Shown here piece after piece: positions 51,379 to 61,944 of a stretch of 64,000 nucleotides of DNA. A model generated the notes under the pieces. The model had not been told where the DNA came from and made no database searches. It saw only the letters and a list, made by a program, of their open reading frames with translations. Position numbers and translations under genes: made by a program. The stretch is from an uncultured Planctomycetota bacterium (GTDB lineage: Bacteria; Planctomycetota; Planctomycetia; Isosphaerales; Isosphaeraceae): positions 6,496,001 to 6,560,000 of the forward strand of contig CAVTTN010000002.1 in NCBI GenBank assembly GCA_963737655.1, read 5' to 3'. How positions within the stretch are numbered: the stretch's first letter is position 1; each line of letters starts with the position of its first letter.

Positions 51379-52703
51379 TCAGGGTTGGATCTCGGTGGCC
51401 AGCCAGGTCTTGAGCTCCTCGGCCAGTCTCCGCGAGGCCTCCGGCCTCTGGGCCGCGAGGTTGCGCCTCTCGGCCGGATCGGTGCGGATGTCGAACAATT
51501 CCGGCTTCGCGCCCTGGGTGATGACCAGCTTCAGGTCGCCGTGCAGGGCCGCGAGCTGATTGTAGCCCTCGCTCCGCCACTCCCAGAACAGGGTTCGCTC
51601 GGGGACCCGGCCGCGGTGGGTCCAGGCGGGCAGGAGGTCCACGCCGTCGAGGTCCGACGGCCGGTCCTTCGCCTCGGCGCCGGCGGCCGCCAGGATCGTC
51701 GGGAACAGGTCGATGGTCATCATGTTTTCATCAGAAGACGATCCCGCCGCGATGTGGCCCGGCCAGCGGACGGCCGCGGGCACGCGGACTCCGCCCTCCC
51801 AGACCGTCCTCTTGCCCCCTCGGAACGGGAAGTTGCTGTCGAGGGCGGCACTGGCCCCCTGGTTGCCGGCCTCGAAGGTGGCCCCGTGGTCGCTGGAGAA
51901 GATCACGAGGGTCTCCTTCGCCAGGTCGAGGCGATCGAGGGCCTCCAGGACCCGGCCGACCTCGGCGTCGAACCGGGTGACCATCGCCGCGTAGGTCGCG
52001 TTGATCGGCCGGTCGGGGTCGATCTCGGGGAACTTCCCCCGGTGTTTGGCCACCTCGTCGGCCGGGGCCTGGATGTTGAAGTGGGCCGAGATCAGGGGCA
52101 GGTAGAGGAAGAACGGATCGGCCCGATGGCGTTCGAGGAAGCTCAGGGCGTGATCGATGAACAGGTCGTCGGCGTAGCCCTGGACCGGCACCTTCCGCCG
52201 GCCGTCCCAGAGCTCGCTGGGGAACTTCTCCCAGGCGTGGGTGGCGTCGGTGAAGCCGAAGAACTCGTCAAACCCCTGGTCCATGGGATGGGTGTAAGAC
52301 CCGCCCTGCCCTTTCGCCCGAGGCGCCCCGTGGTGCCACTTGCCGAACAGGGCCGTCTGGTAGCCGCGAGCCTTCAGCGCCTCGGCGATCGTCGTCTGGC
52401 CGCTGGGCAGGTCGTCGTTGTTCCGGCTGACTCCGCAGTGGATCGGGTTCTTGCCGGTCAGCAGGGCGCCTCGGCTCGGCGCGCAAACGACGGCCGCGGT
52501 GTAGAACCGGTGGAGCGTCATCCCCTCGCGGGCCAGGCGGTCCAGGTGGGGCGTGGCCCATTCCTTCCGGCCGTTAAACCCCACGTCGGCATGACCGAGG
52601 TCATCGGCGTAGATGAGGACGATGTTCGGCCCCCGGTCGGCCGCGAGAGTCGACCCGCGCCCACCGCCATCAGCAGTCCCGCTCCCAGGACGATCGGTCG
52701 CAT
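51379..52703 (-). CDS. Formylglycine-dependent arylsulfatase (frameshift ~52650)
   Basis: PNIVLIYADD, CAPSRGALLTG, FGKWH, SSDHG, EGGVRVP; signal peptide in ORF 52518-52703. Confidence 0.9.
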
Positions 52704-53148
52704 GGCCTCGACCTCCGAGAAGACTCGCGTCCCCGCCGCTGTTCCCGAAGATCGGAGGATCTTCGTCTCTATTCTACCCTATGCCGACCGAAATGGTTGA
52801 GATGGCCGATTCGAAACGCGCGACCGGACCGAAGGTTCCCGAATCCGAGGCGCGGGGCGGCCCGGGGCGGCCTCGTCCGCCCGGTCGATCCGGCTCGTGG
52901 GAATCCCAGAAGCTCCTGCCTTCACCATCGATTCGGGACCGCTCCGCGGGCCACTTCCGGGCCGTTCCTCCTCGACCGACTCCCCCTCGGGGCCGTTGTC
53001 GAGACCATCGTCGCGAGAGCTTACGCCCGATGGCGATCGGCCACAAGGGGTTTACCCGCGGCGATCGATCCCGGAGGCCCGTTTCGGCGCCTCGTTCGGC
53101 GGCGTTTCGTGCGGTTTTGGGTGATTTTCCCGCCCGGCTCCCCGAGTC

Positions 53149-53718
53149 TCAGTTCGCCCGGCCGAGGTATTCGCCGGTCCGGGTGTCGACACGGACGACG
53201 ACGCCCTGGTCGAGGTGCTCGGGCACCTGGACGATGGCCCCGGTGGAGAGGGTGGCGGGCTTGGTCCGGCCGGTGGCCGAATTCCCTCGGACTCCCGGGG
53301 CGGTCTCGGTGATCGCGAGCTCGACGGTGTCGGGGATCTCGATGCCGATGACCTCGTCGTTGACCACCAGGGACTCGACGTCCGGCATGTTCTCGATCAT
53401 GAACGGGGCCTGGTCTTCCATGTCCTCATTGGAGAGTGAGAACTGGTTGAAGTCGGCCGAGTCCATGAAATGGAAGCCGTCGGAGTCTCGGTAGAGGAAC
53501 TGGACGGGCCGTCGCTCGAAGCTGGACTCGGCGAGGCTGTCGGTGCCCTTGTAGCTCTTCTCGACGCGGTTGCGGGTCTTGAGGTTCCGCGCCTTGACCT
53601 TGTAGAGCGTGGCCGCCCCCCGGGCCGAGGGGGTCTGGACCTGGATATGTTCGATCATGTGAGGAGAGCCGTCGATCTCGACGACCATCCGCCTCTTGAA
53701 GTCTTTGGCGGGGACCAC
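53149..53718 (-). CDS. yeiP: Elongation factor P-like protein (EfpL/YeiP type)
   Basis: EF-P fold (QFLY, FMD, KPATLSTG..VQVP, VDTRTGEY) with loop TPSARG instead of PGKG. Confidence 0.85.
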   Translation of the reverse strand: MVPAKDFKRRMVVEIDGSPHMIEHIQVQTPSARGAATLYKVKARNLKTRNRVEKSYKGTDSLAESSFERRPVQFLYRDSDGFHFMDSADFNQFSLSNEDMEDQAPFMIENMPDVESLVVNDEVIGIEIPDTVELAITETAPGVRGNSATGRTKPATLSTGAIVQVPEHLDQGVVVRVDTRTGEYLGRAN

Positions 53719-53952
53719 GTTCGCGACCCTTCGGGCCTCGTCGGACGATGAGGAACTCGGAGGGCTCATGGTACATCGCGAGCCCGCGTCGGGTCAAATC
53801 CGGAGACGAGGCCGGGCGCGAACGGATCGCAGGGTGCTTGCAAGATCCCGGGCCGTCGCCTAGATTCCGGCTCGAACGATTCCCGAGGCCCCCGCCGGGC
53901 CGGCGACGACGCATTGCAACCCAGGATGGACACCCGACGAAGGGATTCGCCG

Positions 53953-56900
53953 ATGCAACCCGTTCCCCCGCCGTCCGAGGCGATTCGTCCGATCACCCCG
54001 AGCCTGCCTGCCGTCGGCGGAACGGCTGGAAGGCCGGCGGTTGCTGTCCCTGAGCCCCGTGAAGGACGTGAACCGGACGGATTTCTATCCGGCGACGATC
54101 CGCAACGCCGGGGATGTCGTCACGTTCGTGGGGCCGGCGCCCAATGGAGTCCCCGAGCTCTGGAAGAGCGACGGCACGCCCGGAGGGACCGTGCCGGTGA
54201 GCCTCCTGCCCAGCTCCACGAGCGTCACGCTCGGCGATTCGGCGGTCAACGACGGTGAGCTTTACGTCCTCAACGGCGCCGATGTCGATCGCTACGACCT
54301 TTCGACCGGAGGCCGGACGGTCCTGACGAGCTTTGGCTACGTCGTCGGGCCTCAGCTTGTCCGGACCGATCAGATCGTGGCCTCGGGAGGCGAGGTTGTC
54401 ATTTCCGGGAGCGACGGGGCCACCGGCGTCTTCGCGATCCGCAACGACGAGACGGCCTTCCACGACGCCTACTAGCCGATCGGCCCCTCGGGCACGACCG
54501 TTGGCGACCTCACGGCGATGGGGGACTCGGCCTACTTCTTCGGGTCGAGCGATTTTGGGGCGGGGGTCTACTCGTCCGACGGGGCTCAAGTCCTCAGTGT
54601 GACGACATGCGGGCCCATCGGCCCGATCGTCGCCGGGTCTGATCGGCTGTTCATCGAGACCTCGCCCGGCTCGTGGGAGGGTTCCTCGCTGTATGTGTCC
54701 GACGGCACCGCTGCGGGCACTCAGCTCGTCATCGGCGGCCTGACGATCGTGGGCCAGCCGGTGGCGGCCGGGGATCGGCTGTTCTTCCTGTCGCAGGACG
54801 GGGGCGTCACTTCGTTGTGGACGAGCGACGGGACGGCCTCGGGGACCGGCCCGGTCGCCGATCTCGACGGCGTGGCGGACCTGACCGCGGCGGGCCCGGA
54901 CGTCTTCTTCACCGCGAACGATGGTCCGACCGGGACCGCGCTTTATGAGTCGGACGGGATGGCCTCGGGGACTCGTCGGCTGGCCACGATCGACCTCGGC
55001 CCCCCTCCTGCCCCGGCCATACCCTGGCTATTGAGCCCCTCCCGAGTCCCGGCTCGTGGCGACCGGCGAGGGCGTGTTCTTTGCGGGGTACGACGCCTCC
55101 CGAGGGCTGGAGCCCTGGCACAGCGACGGGACCAGCGAAGGCACCGGGCCCGTCGCGGACCTGGACCCCGGGCCCGACGGCTCCGACCCGGAGCAGATCA
55201 CGGCGATCGGCGACCGGGTGGTGTTCGCCGCCCACGACGGGACGACCTCCAATGAGATGTGGATCCGCGACGGGACGGCCCAGGGGACGAAGCTCGTCGC
55301 CTCCTTCCCCGCTCCCGTCCCGACGAACACCCTGGACACCTCTCTCGAAGCGAGCCTCACGACCGATCCGGTCACGGTCGGGCCGCTCGCCTTCTTCGTG
55401 GCCGACGACGGCGAGCATGGGTCCGAGCTCTGGGTCACCGACGGCTCCAACGGGGCACTCACATGGTCGCGGACATCCGGCCGGGCCCTCAGGGATCGTT
55501 CCCCGAGGACCTCTCCGCGTTCGGATCGCGCCTGGTGTTCACGGCCGATGACGGAACCCACGGGCGAGAGCGGTGGATCACCGACGGAACGGCCTCGGGG
55601 ACGATCCTCCTGGCCGACATCCAACCCGGCCCGGCCTCCGGCGAGCTTCCGGAGCCGACCCGGATTTCCTCTTGGCCCAGGAATTGACCGTCGGGGTCCT
55701 CCACGGCCTCCTCTATTTCGGGGCCTTCGGAGAGGCGGGCGACCCGGAGCTCTGGACGTCCGACGGGACGCCGCAAGGGGCCCGAGAGGTCGCCTCGATC
55801 GGCACCACACCGCCCTCCTCGCCCTCGGTCGCGCCGTTCCCGTTGAACCATTTCACGGCCCTCGGCGACGCCATCTACGTCTTCGGCTACGATCCCGACC
55901 TCGGCTGCCAGGTCTGGAGGAGCGACGGCACGGCCGAGGGGACGTCCCGGGTCACCTCGGTGCAATTCTCTTACCACGGGTTCCCATCGTTTCCGGGGCA
56001 GATCGTCGCCTCAGGTTCGCAGCTGTACTTCGCCCTGACCGGGCCGGATGACGGGGACCGACTCTGGGTGACCGACGGCGGCCCGGGGGACGAGCGTCTC
56101 GTGTTCGATCCGGCCACGATCGACTCCTCGGCCGAGTCGGGACTCGACGTCCTGACGGGCCTCTCGGCGATCGGGTCGGAGGTCTGCTTCGAGACGCACC
56201 TGAGATCCGCCCGCACGGTGCCGTACTTCAGCGACGGGACGAACGAGGGGACCGTGCCCATCCCGACACGCGGGGGAGATCCGATCTCGAAGAATTATGT
56301 GACCACCTTCGATGGTCGCGCGTTCTTCGAGGTGGGGGACCAGAACGGTGCCGCTCGCCGGTGGGCGACCGACGGCACCGAGGCGGGAGCAGCCTACCTG
56401 ACGGGGACGCCGTCCGGGCCGGCGTGGTCATTGGGGGCGGCCCCGGCCGAGGTGGTTGGCGGCGATCTCTACCTGAACCTCACCGCGGATGACGGGAATG
56501 AGGTCTACCGCGTCGGGCCTGGCTCGACCACGGCGGATTTCGTGGGTCAAACCGCCGACGATCTGTGGGCCGTCCCTCTCCTGGAGTTGCCCGGGGGAAA
56601 CCTGGAGGTCCTGGGGGACGACGGCCGGCACGGAGTCCAGCCGTTGGCGCTCAGCCCGGGGCCGCCGGACCCGACATTCGGGCCCCTCCGTAACGCGACC
56701 GTCGCACCTGGGGGAATCCTGGTCCTCGGTCTCTCCGACTCCACGTACTATCGATCAGCAGCCCGTTCGTCGTGGACGTGGAGACCGACGGCGGGACGTC
56801 CATCGGCCCTCCCCTCCAACCCTTCCCTCGGCTCCAACTGCCGGCCGGGGAGGTCTCCACGTTCTCGGCCGTCCCCGATTCCACGGTCGATCCGGCCCCG

Positions 56901-57731
56901 CCCTTCCTGTACAGCATTCAATGGAGCGCCCCGGAGGTCCACGCCTCGATCGACGCGACCACCGGCATGATCTCCTACGCGCCCGATGCGGATTTCCGGG
57001 GGGCGGTGTCGGTCTTCCTTTGGGTCCGGAGCGCCCGTCATCCCTCGTTCGAGACGTCCGAGTCGTTCGCGGCCGACGTGATCGACCCGCCCCCTCCGCC
57101 TGCCCCGACCGATTCAACGAAGTCGCCTCCGACGGAGTCGCCGGCCCCGAGCCCGACGCCTCCCGCGATCCCCGCGGATCCCTCGCCGATCTTGCGGCCC
57201 CAGCCAGCGACCCTGTCTCCTCCGACGATGGCCCCTGATCCTCCGGCGACGAGCCCGGCGGGACCGTCGGCCGCTCCCGTCCAGCCGGCCCCTCCGGTCG
57301 TCTCGCCCCCGGGGCCGGTCACCATCGCGACGGCGGAGGAGGTCCGCGTCGGGCGTCATCGTCGGGCCGAATTCTCGGTCCAGTTTTCGGGTTTCGTGAC
57401 CGACCTCTCGGCGAGCCGGGCGAGGAACTACCGGGTGATCGCCGAGTGGAGGGTCGGCAAGAGGACGGTCCGCGATCGGGTGGCCCTCCGATCGGCGAGA
57501 TTCGATCCGACGACGTTTGCCGTGACCCTGAAGGCGGTCCGGTTGCCTGCCCGTGCCCGGTTCTTCGAAGTCCGCGTCCTGGGCAATCGGGTCTGCGATT
57601 CGGAGGGGACGCCGATCGACGGCGACCGCGACGGCCGGGCCGGGAGGACCTCCAACCTGGTGATCGAGAAATCGGCCTATCCGAAAGGCCCCATCCGGCG
57701 CTCGATTGACAGGCACGGGAGGCGGCGATAG
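53953..57731 (+). pseudogene. ELWxxDGT-repeat surface protein with LExRxLL N-terminus and Pro-rich linker; disrupted in this sequence
   Basis: ERLEGRRLLS at ~54020-54050; repeated ELWKSDGT/ELWVTDG/ELWTSDGT; in-frame TAG 54473-54475 plus about 5 frameshifts. Confidence 0.75.
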
Positions 57732-57734
57732 CCT
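57706..57734 (+). promoter_or_regulatory. Sigma-70-like promoter for rnc
   Basis: TTGACA-17 bp-TAGCCT, about 50 bp upstream of the rnc ATG. Confidence 0.55.
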
Positions 57735-57783
57735 CGGGGAAGCCTTGCCACCTCCTCCTCCCCTTCCCTAGCGCAGCCCGATT

Positions 57784-58509
57784 ATGGCCGAACTTTCCCC
57801 GGACGACGAAGAGGACCTCTTCGAGCACTGCGAGTCCGTCCTGGGCTACCGCTTCCGCGACCTGGACCACCTCAAGGAGGCGCTAACCCACGCCTCGGGG
57901 GCCAATCACCGCCTCGCCTCGAACGAGAGGCTGGAATTCCTGGGGGATGCGATCCTCGGCGCGGTGGTCTGCGAGGCCCTGTATCGCGAGTATCCGGACT
58001 TCCTCGAAGGGGACATGACGCGGATCAAGTCCGTGGTCGTCTCGCGGCGGACCTGCGCCAAGATCTCCAAGGAGCTGGGGTTCGACGAATTCCTGATCGT
58101 CGGCAAGGGGATGGGCTCGGCCGACAAGACGCCGGAGTCGATCCTCGCCGACGTGTACGAGAGCCTGGTGGGCGCGATCTATCTCGACGGCGGGATGGAC
58201 GCCGCCAAGCGGTTCATCCTCCGGTACATGGGCCCGGAGATCGAGGACGCGGTCTCGGGGCAGTCCGGAGTGAACTTCAAGAGCACCCTCCAGCAGCAGG
58301 CCCAGAGGCTCTTCGGGGCCACGCCGTCGTATATCCTCCTGGACGAGAAGGGGCCCGACCACTCGAAGTGCTTCAAGCTGGCCGCCTTCATCGCCGGGAG
58401 GCGGTTCGCCGCGGCGTGGGGCCCGAACAAGAAGGACGCCGAACAACGGGCGGCGAGGAACGCCCTGGCGCAGATCGAGGGCCAACCCCCGCCGTTCGAG
58501 GCCGACTGA
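57784..58509 (+). CDS. rnc: Ribonuclease III
   Basis: ALTHAS, NERLEFLGDAILG, ADVYESLVGAIYLD, dsRBD (NFKSTLQ, GPDH, KKDAEQRAA). Confidence 0.97.
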   Translation: MAELSPDDEEDLFEHCESVLGYRFRDLDHLKEALTHASGANHRLASNERLEFLGDAILGAVVCEALYREYPDFLEGDMTRIKSVVVSRRTCAKISKELGFDEFLIVGKGMGSADKTPESILADVYESLVGAIYLDGGMDAAKRFILRYMGPEIEDAVSGQSGVNFKSTLQQQAQRLFGATPSYILLDEKGPDHSKCFKLAAFIAGRRFAAAWGPNKKDAEQRAARNALAQIEGQPPPFEAD

Positions 58510-58634
58510 TTCGGACCCGGCGATCCGCCCTTGCGGGAGGTTCTCCGCTCGTCGTAAGATGCGGGCCGATTCTCCCTGGTTGCCTGGTTCCTCCCCCTGC
58601 CGCCTTTCCCCCAGCCCGCCGGAGGGAGGCCGCC

Positions 58635-59915
58635 GTGATCGGTTCTCCCGCCGCCGACCTCGGGCTCGGGCCGGAAGTCTGGATCTTCCTGACTCTCCTG
58701 TCCTGCCTGACCCTGTTCTTCAAGTTCAGCCGCTTCTGGAGCGTCCGCAACCTGGACCTGGTCCTGCTCTTCGCGCCGGCCCCGGGGTTGATCCGCCTGG
58801 TGGGAGGCTCGGGACTGGCCCAGCCGTGGTGGGCGTTCCTCTGGTTGTTCCTGGGCTCGGGGCTCTGGCTGGTCCGGTGCCTGGTGGACCTGGGGTTGGC
58901 CCGCCGTCCGCAACTGGAGCCCAACCTCAATTTCGCGGGGCTGGCGTGTCTGGCGGCGGGGGTCCTGGGCCTCCTCCTGATCGAGACGGCGAACCTCCCG
59001 GTGGATCAGGGTGCGGCCAGGAATCCCGCCGACCCGCGATCGAAGCCCGGCGAGGGGGCTCCCCCTGCACCCGAGGCCGCCACGCCCGAGACGGTCCAGA
59101 AGGTCCTGGACCGCACGCTGCCCCGATCTCTGAGGAGGAACCCGCCTCACGTGATCCTGGCCCGGAGCGTCGCCGGGCTGGCCAATCTGGGCCTGGTGGC
59201 GGGCTTGCTGGCCGTCGGCTGGAGGCATTTTGAGAGGCCGATCGCGGGGATGGCGGTGGCCGCCTGTTACCTCGTGTTGCCTTATACGAGGATCGCGGTG
59301 GTGGATGGCGGCCAGCTTGTGCCGTCGGCGTTGATCGTCTGGGCCCTGGCCAGTTACGGCCGTCCGGCGGTCGCCGGCGCGTTGATCGGGCTGGCCTCGG
59401 GCTGGATGCCGGCGACGGTCGGCCTGCTCCCCTTGTGGGCCGGCTTCTACCGAGGCCGAGGGATGGGCCGCTTCCTCGTCGCGGCCGTCCTGACCCTGGG
59501 ACTCTGCGCCGCGGTGGTCTCGGCGGTGCCGGCCCTGGCCGATTGGGGCCAGGCTCTGGGGGCGAGGAACCTTCGACAGGTCGGGCTGCTTCCTGGGATC
59601 GAGGCGCCGTCGGCCGGGAGCTTCTGGACCCGGATCGAGCCCGTCTATCGCCTGCCGGTCCTGATCGCCTACGGTGCGTTCGTCCTGGCCACGGCGATCG
59701 TCCCCTCGGAGAAGAACCTGGGAGAGCTGATCGCCCTGTCGGCCGCCCTGCTCGTGGCCTGCCAGTTCTGGTACTTGGACGAGGGCGGGACGCTCGTCCT
59801 GATGTATCTTCCCTTGGTCCTGCTGATGATGTTCCGCCCGAACCTGACGACCAAGAGGCCGCCCGCCCCGAAGCCCCAAGGCTCTCGACAGTCGGCCCTC
59901 CATCCGGTCCGCTGA
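58635..59915 (+). CDS. Polytopic membrane protein, possibly GT-C/GT87-like
   Basis: GGAGG RBS plus GTG; about 10 TM segments; family assignment is inference only. Confidence 0.7.
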   Translation: MIGSPAADLGLGPEVWIFLTLLSCLTLFFKFSRFWSVRNLDLVLLFAPAPGLIRLVGGSGLAQPWWAFLWLFLGSGLWLVRCLVDLGLARRPQLEPNLNFAGLACLAAGVLGLLLIETANLPVDQGAARNPADPRSKPGEGAPPAPEAATPETVQKVLDRTLPRSLRRNPPHVILARSVAGLANLGLVAGLLAVGWRHFERPIAGMAVAACYLVLPYTRIAVVDGGQLVPSALIVWALASYGRPAVAGALIGLASGWMPATVGLLPLWAGFYRGRGMGRFLVAAVLTLGLCAAVVSAVPALADWGQALGARNLRQVGLLPGIEAPSAGSFWTRIEPVYRLPVLIAYGAFVLATAIVPSEKNLGELIALSAALLVACQFWYLDEGGTLVLMYLPLVLLMMFRPNLTTKRPPAPKPQGSRQSALHPVR

Positions 59916-60003
59916 GGCCGGCGATCTTGTCCGAACGGCGGCCTCCGGTCACAATCGACCCCAGCCGTTGCTCCGACCCCCCTTCCCGTCCCGAGACCCG
60001 CCG

Positions 60004-60738
60004 ATGCAGTTGACCTATGACTTCCTGGCCAAGAGGATCGATCACTCGCTCCTGGGTCCGACCCTGACCGACGCCGAGCTCGAAGACGGTTGCCGTCTGG
60101 CCGCGAAATACAAGGTCGCGAGCGTCTGTATCAAGCCCCATGCCGTCGCGCTGGCGAAGAGGCTCCTGGAAGGCAGCGGGGTGGCCGTCGGCACCACGAT
60201 CGGGTTTCCCCACGGCGGCCACACTCAGGCGATGAAGATCCGCGAGGCGGAGCTCGCCCTGGATGACGGCGCGACCGAGCTCGACATGGTCATCAACATC
60301 GGCAAGGCGCTCGGCGGCGACTGGGCGGCGGTCCAGGAAGAGATCGGCGCGATCGTCCGGCTCGCTCATTCTCGGGGAGCGATCGTCAAGGTGATCTTCG
60401 AGAACTGCTATCTGTCGCCGGCCCAGATTTCTCGCCTCTGCAAGATCTGCGGCGAGGAGAACGCGGATTTCGTGAAGACCTCGACCGGCTATGGGACTTC
60501 GGGCGCGACCGACGAGGACTTGAAGTTGATGAGGGAACTTTCCCCTCCCCACGTCCGGCTCAAGGCGGCCGGAGGAATTCGCACGCTCGACGCCGCGCTG
60601 AACGCGGCGAAGCTCGGCTGCGACCGGATTGGCGCGAGCCGGACGGCCGAGATCCTCGACGAGCTGAACGACCGTCTCGCCGGCAAGGCTACCGCGAAGG
60701 ACGACGGGGTTTCACGTGAAACGCCCGGCGGCTATTGA
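60004..60738 (+). CDS. deoC: Deoxyribose-phosphate aldolase
   Basis: IDHSLL.P, IGFPHG, ELDMVIN, KVIFE, FVKTSTGY, KAAGGIR, RIGAS. Confidence 0.96.
   Translation: MQLTYDFLAKRIDHSLLGPTLTDAELEDGCRLAAKYKVASVCIKPHAVALAKRLLEGSGVAVGTTIGFPHGGHTQAMKIREAELALDDGATELDMVINIGKALGGDWAAVQEEIGAIVRLAHSRGAIVKVIFENCYLSPAQISRLCKICGEENADFVKTSTGYGTSGATDEDLKLMRELSPPHVRLKAAGGIRTLDAALNAAKLGCDRIGASRTAEILDELNDRLAGKATAKDDGVSRETPGGY
60708..60723. promoter_or_regulatory. parS centromere-like site inside the deoC 3' end
   Basis: GGTTTCACGTGAAACG, 14/16 match to consensus TGTTTCACGTGAAACA with a perfect 14-bp palindrome; 1.2 kb from parB. Confidence 0.8.
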
Positions 60739-60863
60739 ATCCCCATCGAACGGGGACTGGCAACTCGGCCCCGAGGTGCCGGTTCCCCCATCCTGTCCGG
60801 GATTCGAGGGCCCTGGGTCGAGGGTTGGCGATGTTTCGGGGATTGGCCGGAGGGCCGGTCCCA

Positions 60864-60938
60864 TCGGGGCGACCAGATTCGAACTGGTGACCTCCTGCTC
60901 CCAAGGCAGGCGCGCTAACCAGGCTGCGCTACGCCCCG
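60864..60938 (-). tRNA. tRNA-Pro (TGG)
   Basis: CGGGGCGTAGCGCAGCCTGGTTAGCGCG-CCTGC-CTTGGGA-GCAGG-AGGTCACCAGTTCGAATCTGGTCGCCCCGA. Confidence 0.95.
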
Positions 60939-60954
60939 AGGCGTGTGAAAGAGC

Positions 60955-60984
60955 ATGGTAGAGGGGCCCGGGGGATGCGGTCAA
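60955..60984 (-). promoter_or_regulatory. Sigma-70-like promoter for tRNA-Pro
   Basis: TTGACC-18 bp-TACCAT on the minus strand, just upstream of the tRNA. Confidence 0.5.
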
Positions 60985-61712
60985 GGCCGGACGGCCAGTT
61001 CGGCGGGGTCTCGCGGAGGTCCATCGAGGTCCGCCCCGGCCACCGGCCATTCCATCCGCAGGTCCAGGCCGGGCCGGGGCCGACGCTTGAGCGTTCCGCC
61101 GTGGGCGCCGACGACCCTGGCCAGGACGGCCATCGGCAAGACGCCTCCCCCGCACTTCCCGGCGGGGACCGTCTCGCCCCCCCCGCTCTCTCGCCATTCC
61201 AGGTGGTTCGTCCCGCTCAGGCTCCAGGCCCTCAGGGCGATCCGCGACTTCGGCGCCATCCGGGCCGCTCGCCACTCGGCCAGGGCGTCGAGGGCCTGGG
61301 TCCAGCGGGTTGGATCGAGCCGGCCGGGAACCGGCGGGCCGATCAGATCGAGCTTCAGGGTCACCTCTCGCCCTTCGAACCGGGGTGCCCACCGCGAGAC
61401 GAACTCCTTCAGGAGGAGATCCAGGCTGAGAGTGATCGGCTTCAGGTCCATCGGTCGACAAACGGTCTGGAACTGATCGACGACCCGCTCGGCCTCGCGA
61501 TAGAGCCGGTCCGGTTCGTCCCACCGCGACGGATCGGGCGCCGAGTCCCCCCTCCGAGCGAGGTAGAGACTCATCTGGAGTCCGTTCAGACGGTTCCGAA
61601 TCGTGTGGAAGAACTCGCCGAAGACGTCGTGGAGCGCGACGACCTGGTCGGGCTCGGAAGCGAGCCTCAGGAGCGCTTCCAGGGAGGCGGAACTCGGATC
61701 TTCCTGATTCAT
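60981..61712 (-). CDS. Sensor-less histidine-kinase-like protein with degenerate ATPase domain
   Basis: H-box FFHTIRNRLNGL; N box lost (RWTQALDAL), G1 WRESGGG, terminal ARVVGAHGGTL. Confidence 0.7.
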   Translation of the reverse strand: MNQEDPSSASLEALLRLASEPDQVVALHDVFGEFFHTIRNRLNGLQMSLYLARRGDSAPDPSRWDEPDRLYREAERVVDQFQTVCRPMDLKPITLSLDLLLKEFVSRWAPRFEGREVTLKLDLIGPPVPGRLDPTRWTQALDALAEWRAARMAPKSRIALRAWSLSGTNHLEWRESGGGETVPAGKCGGGVLPMAVLARVVGAHGGTLKRRPRPGLDLRMEWPVAGADLDGPPRDPAELAVRP

Positions 61713-61944
61713 GGTCGCCTCTTCATCGACGAGGGGCGAGGTCGGGCGTCCTTTCGCCGGAGATGCATCGCGGACCTGACCTGACATGGCAATCGGGATG
61801 CCGATCCTCGCGAAATCGGTCCCCGGCGCCGCAACCCTCGCCACGGTCCGCCCGAGGCGTTCCAGACCTCGGGCGAGCCGCTTCGGAAGGTTCTCGTTTT
61901 CCCGATCCGCCGCCGGAAAATGGGAAGTCGAGTAGGTCCGCCAG

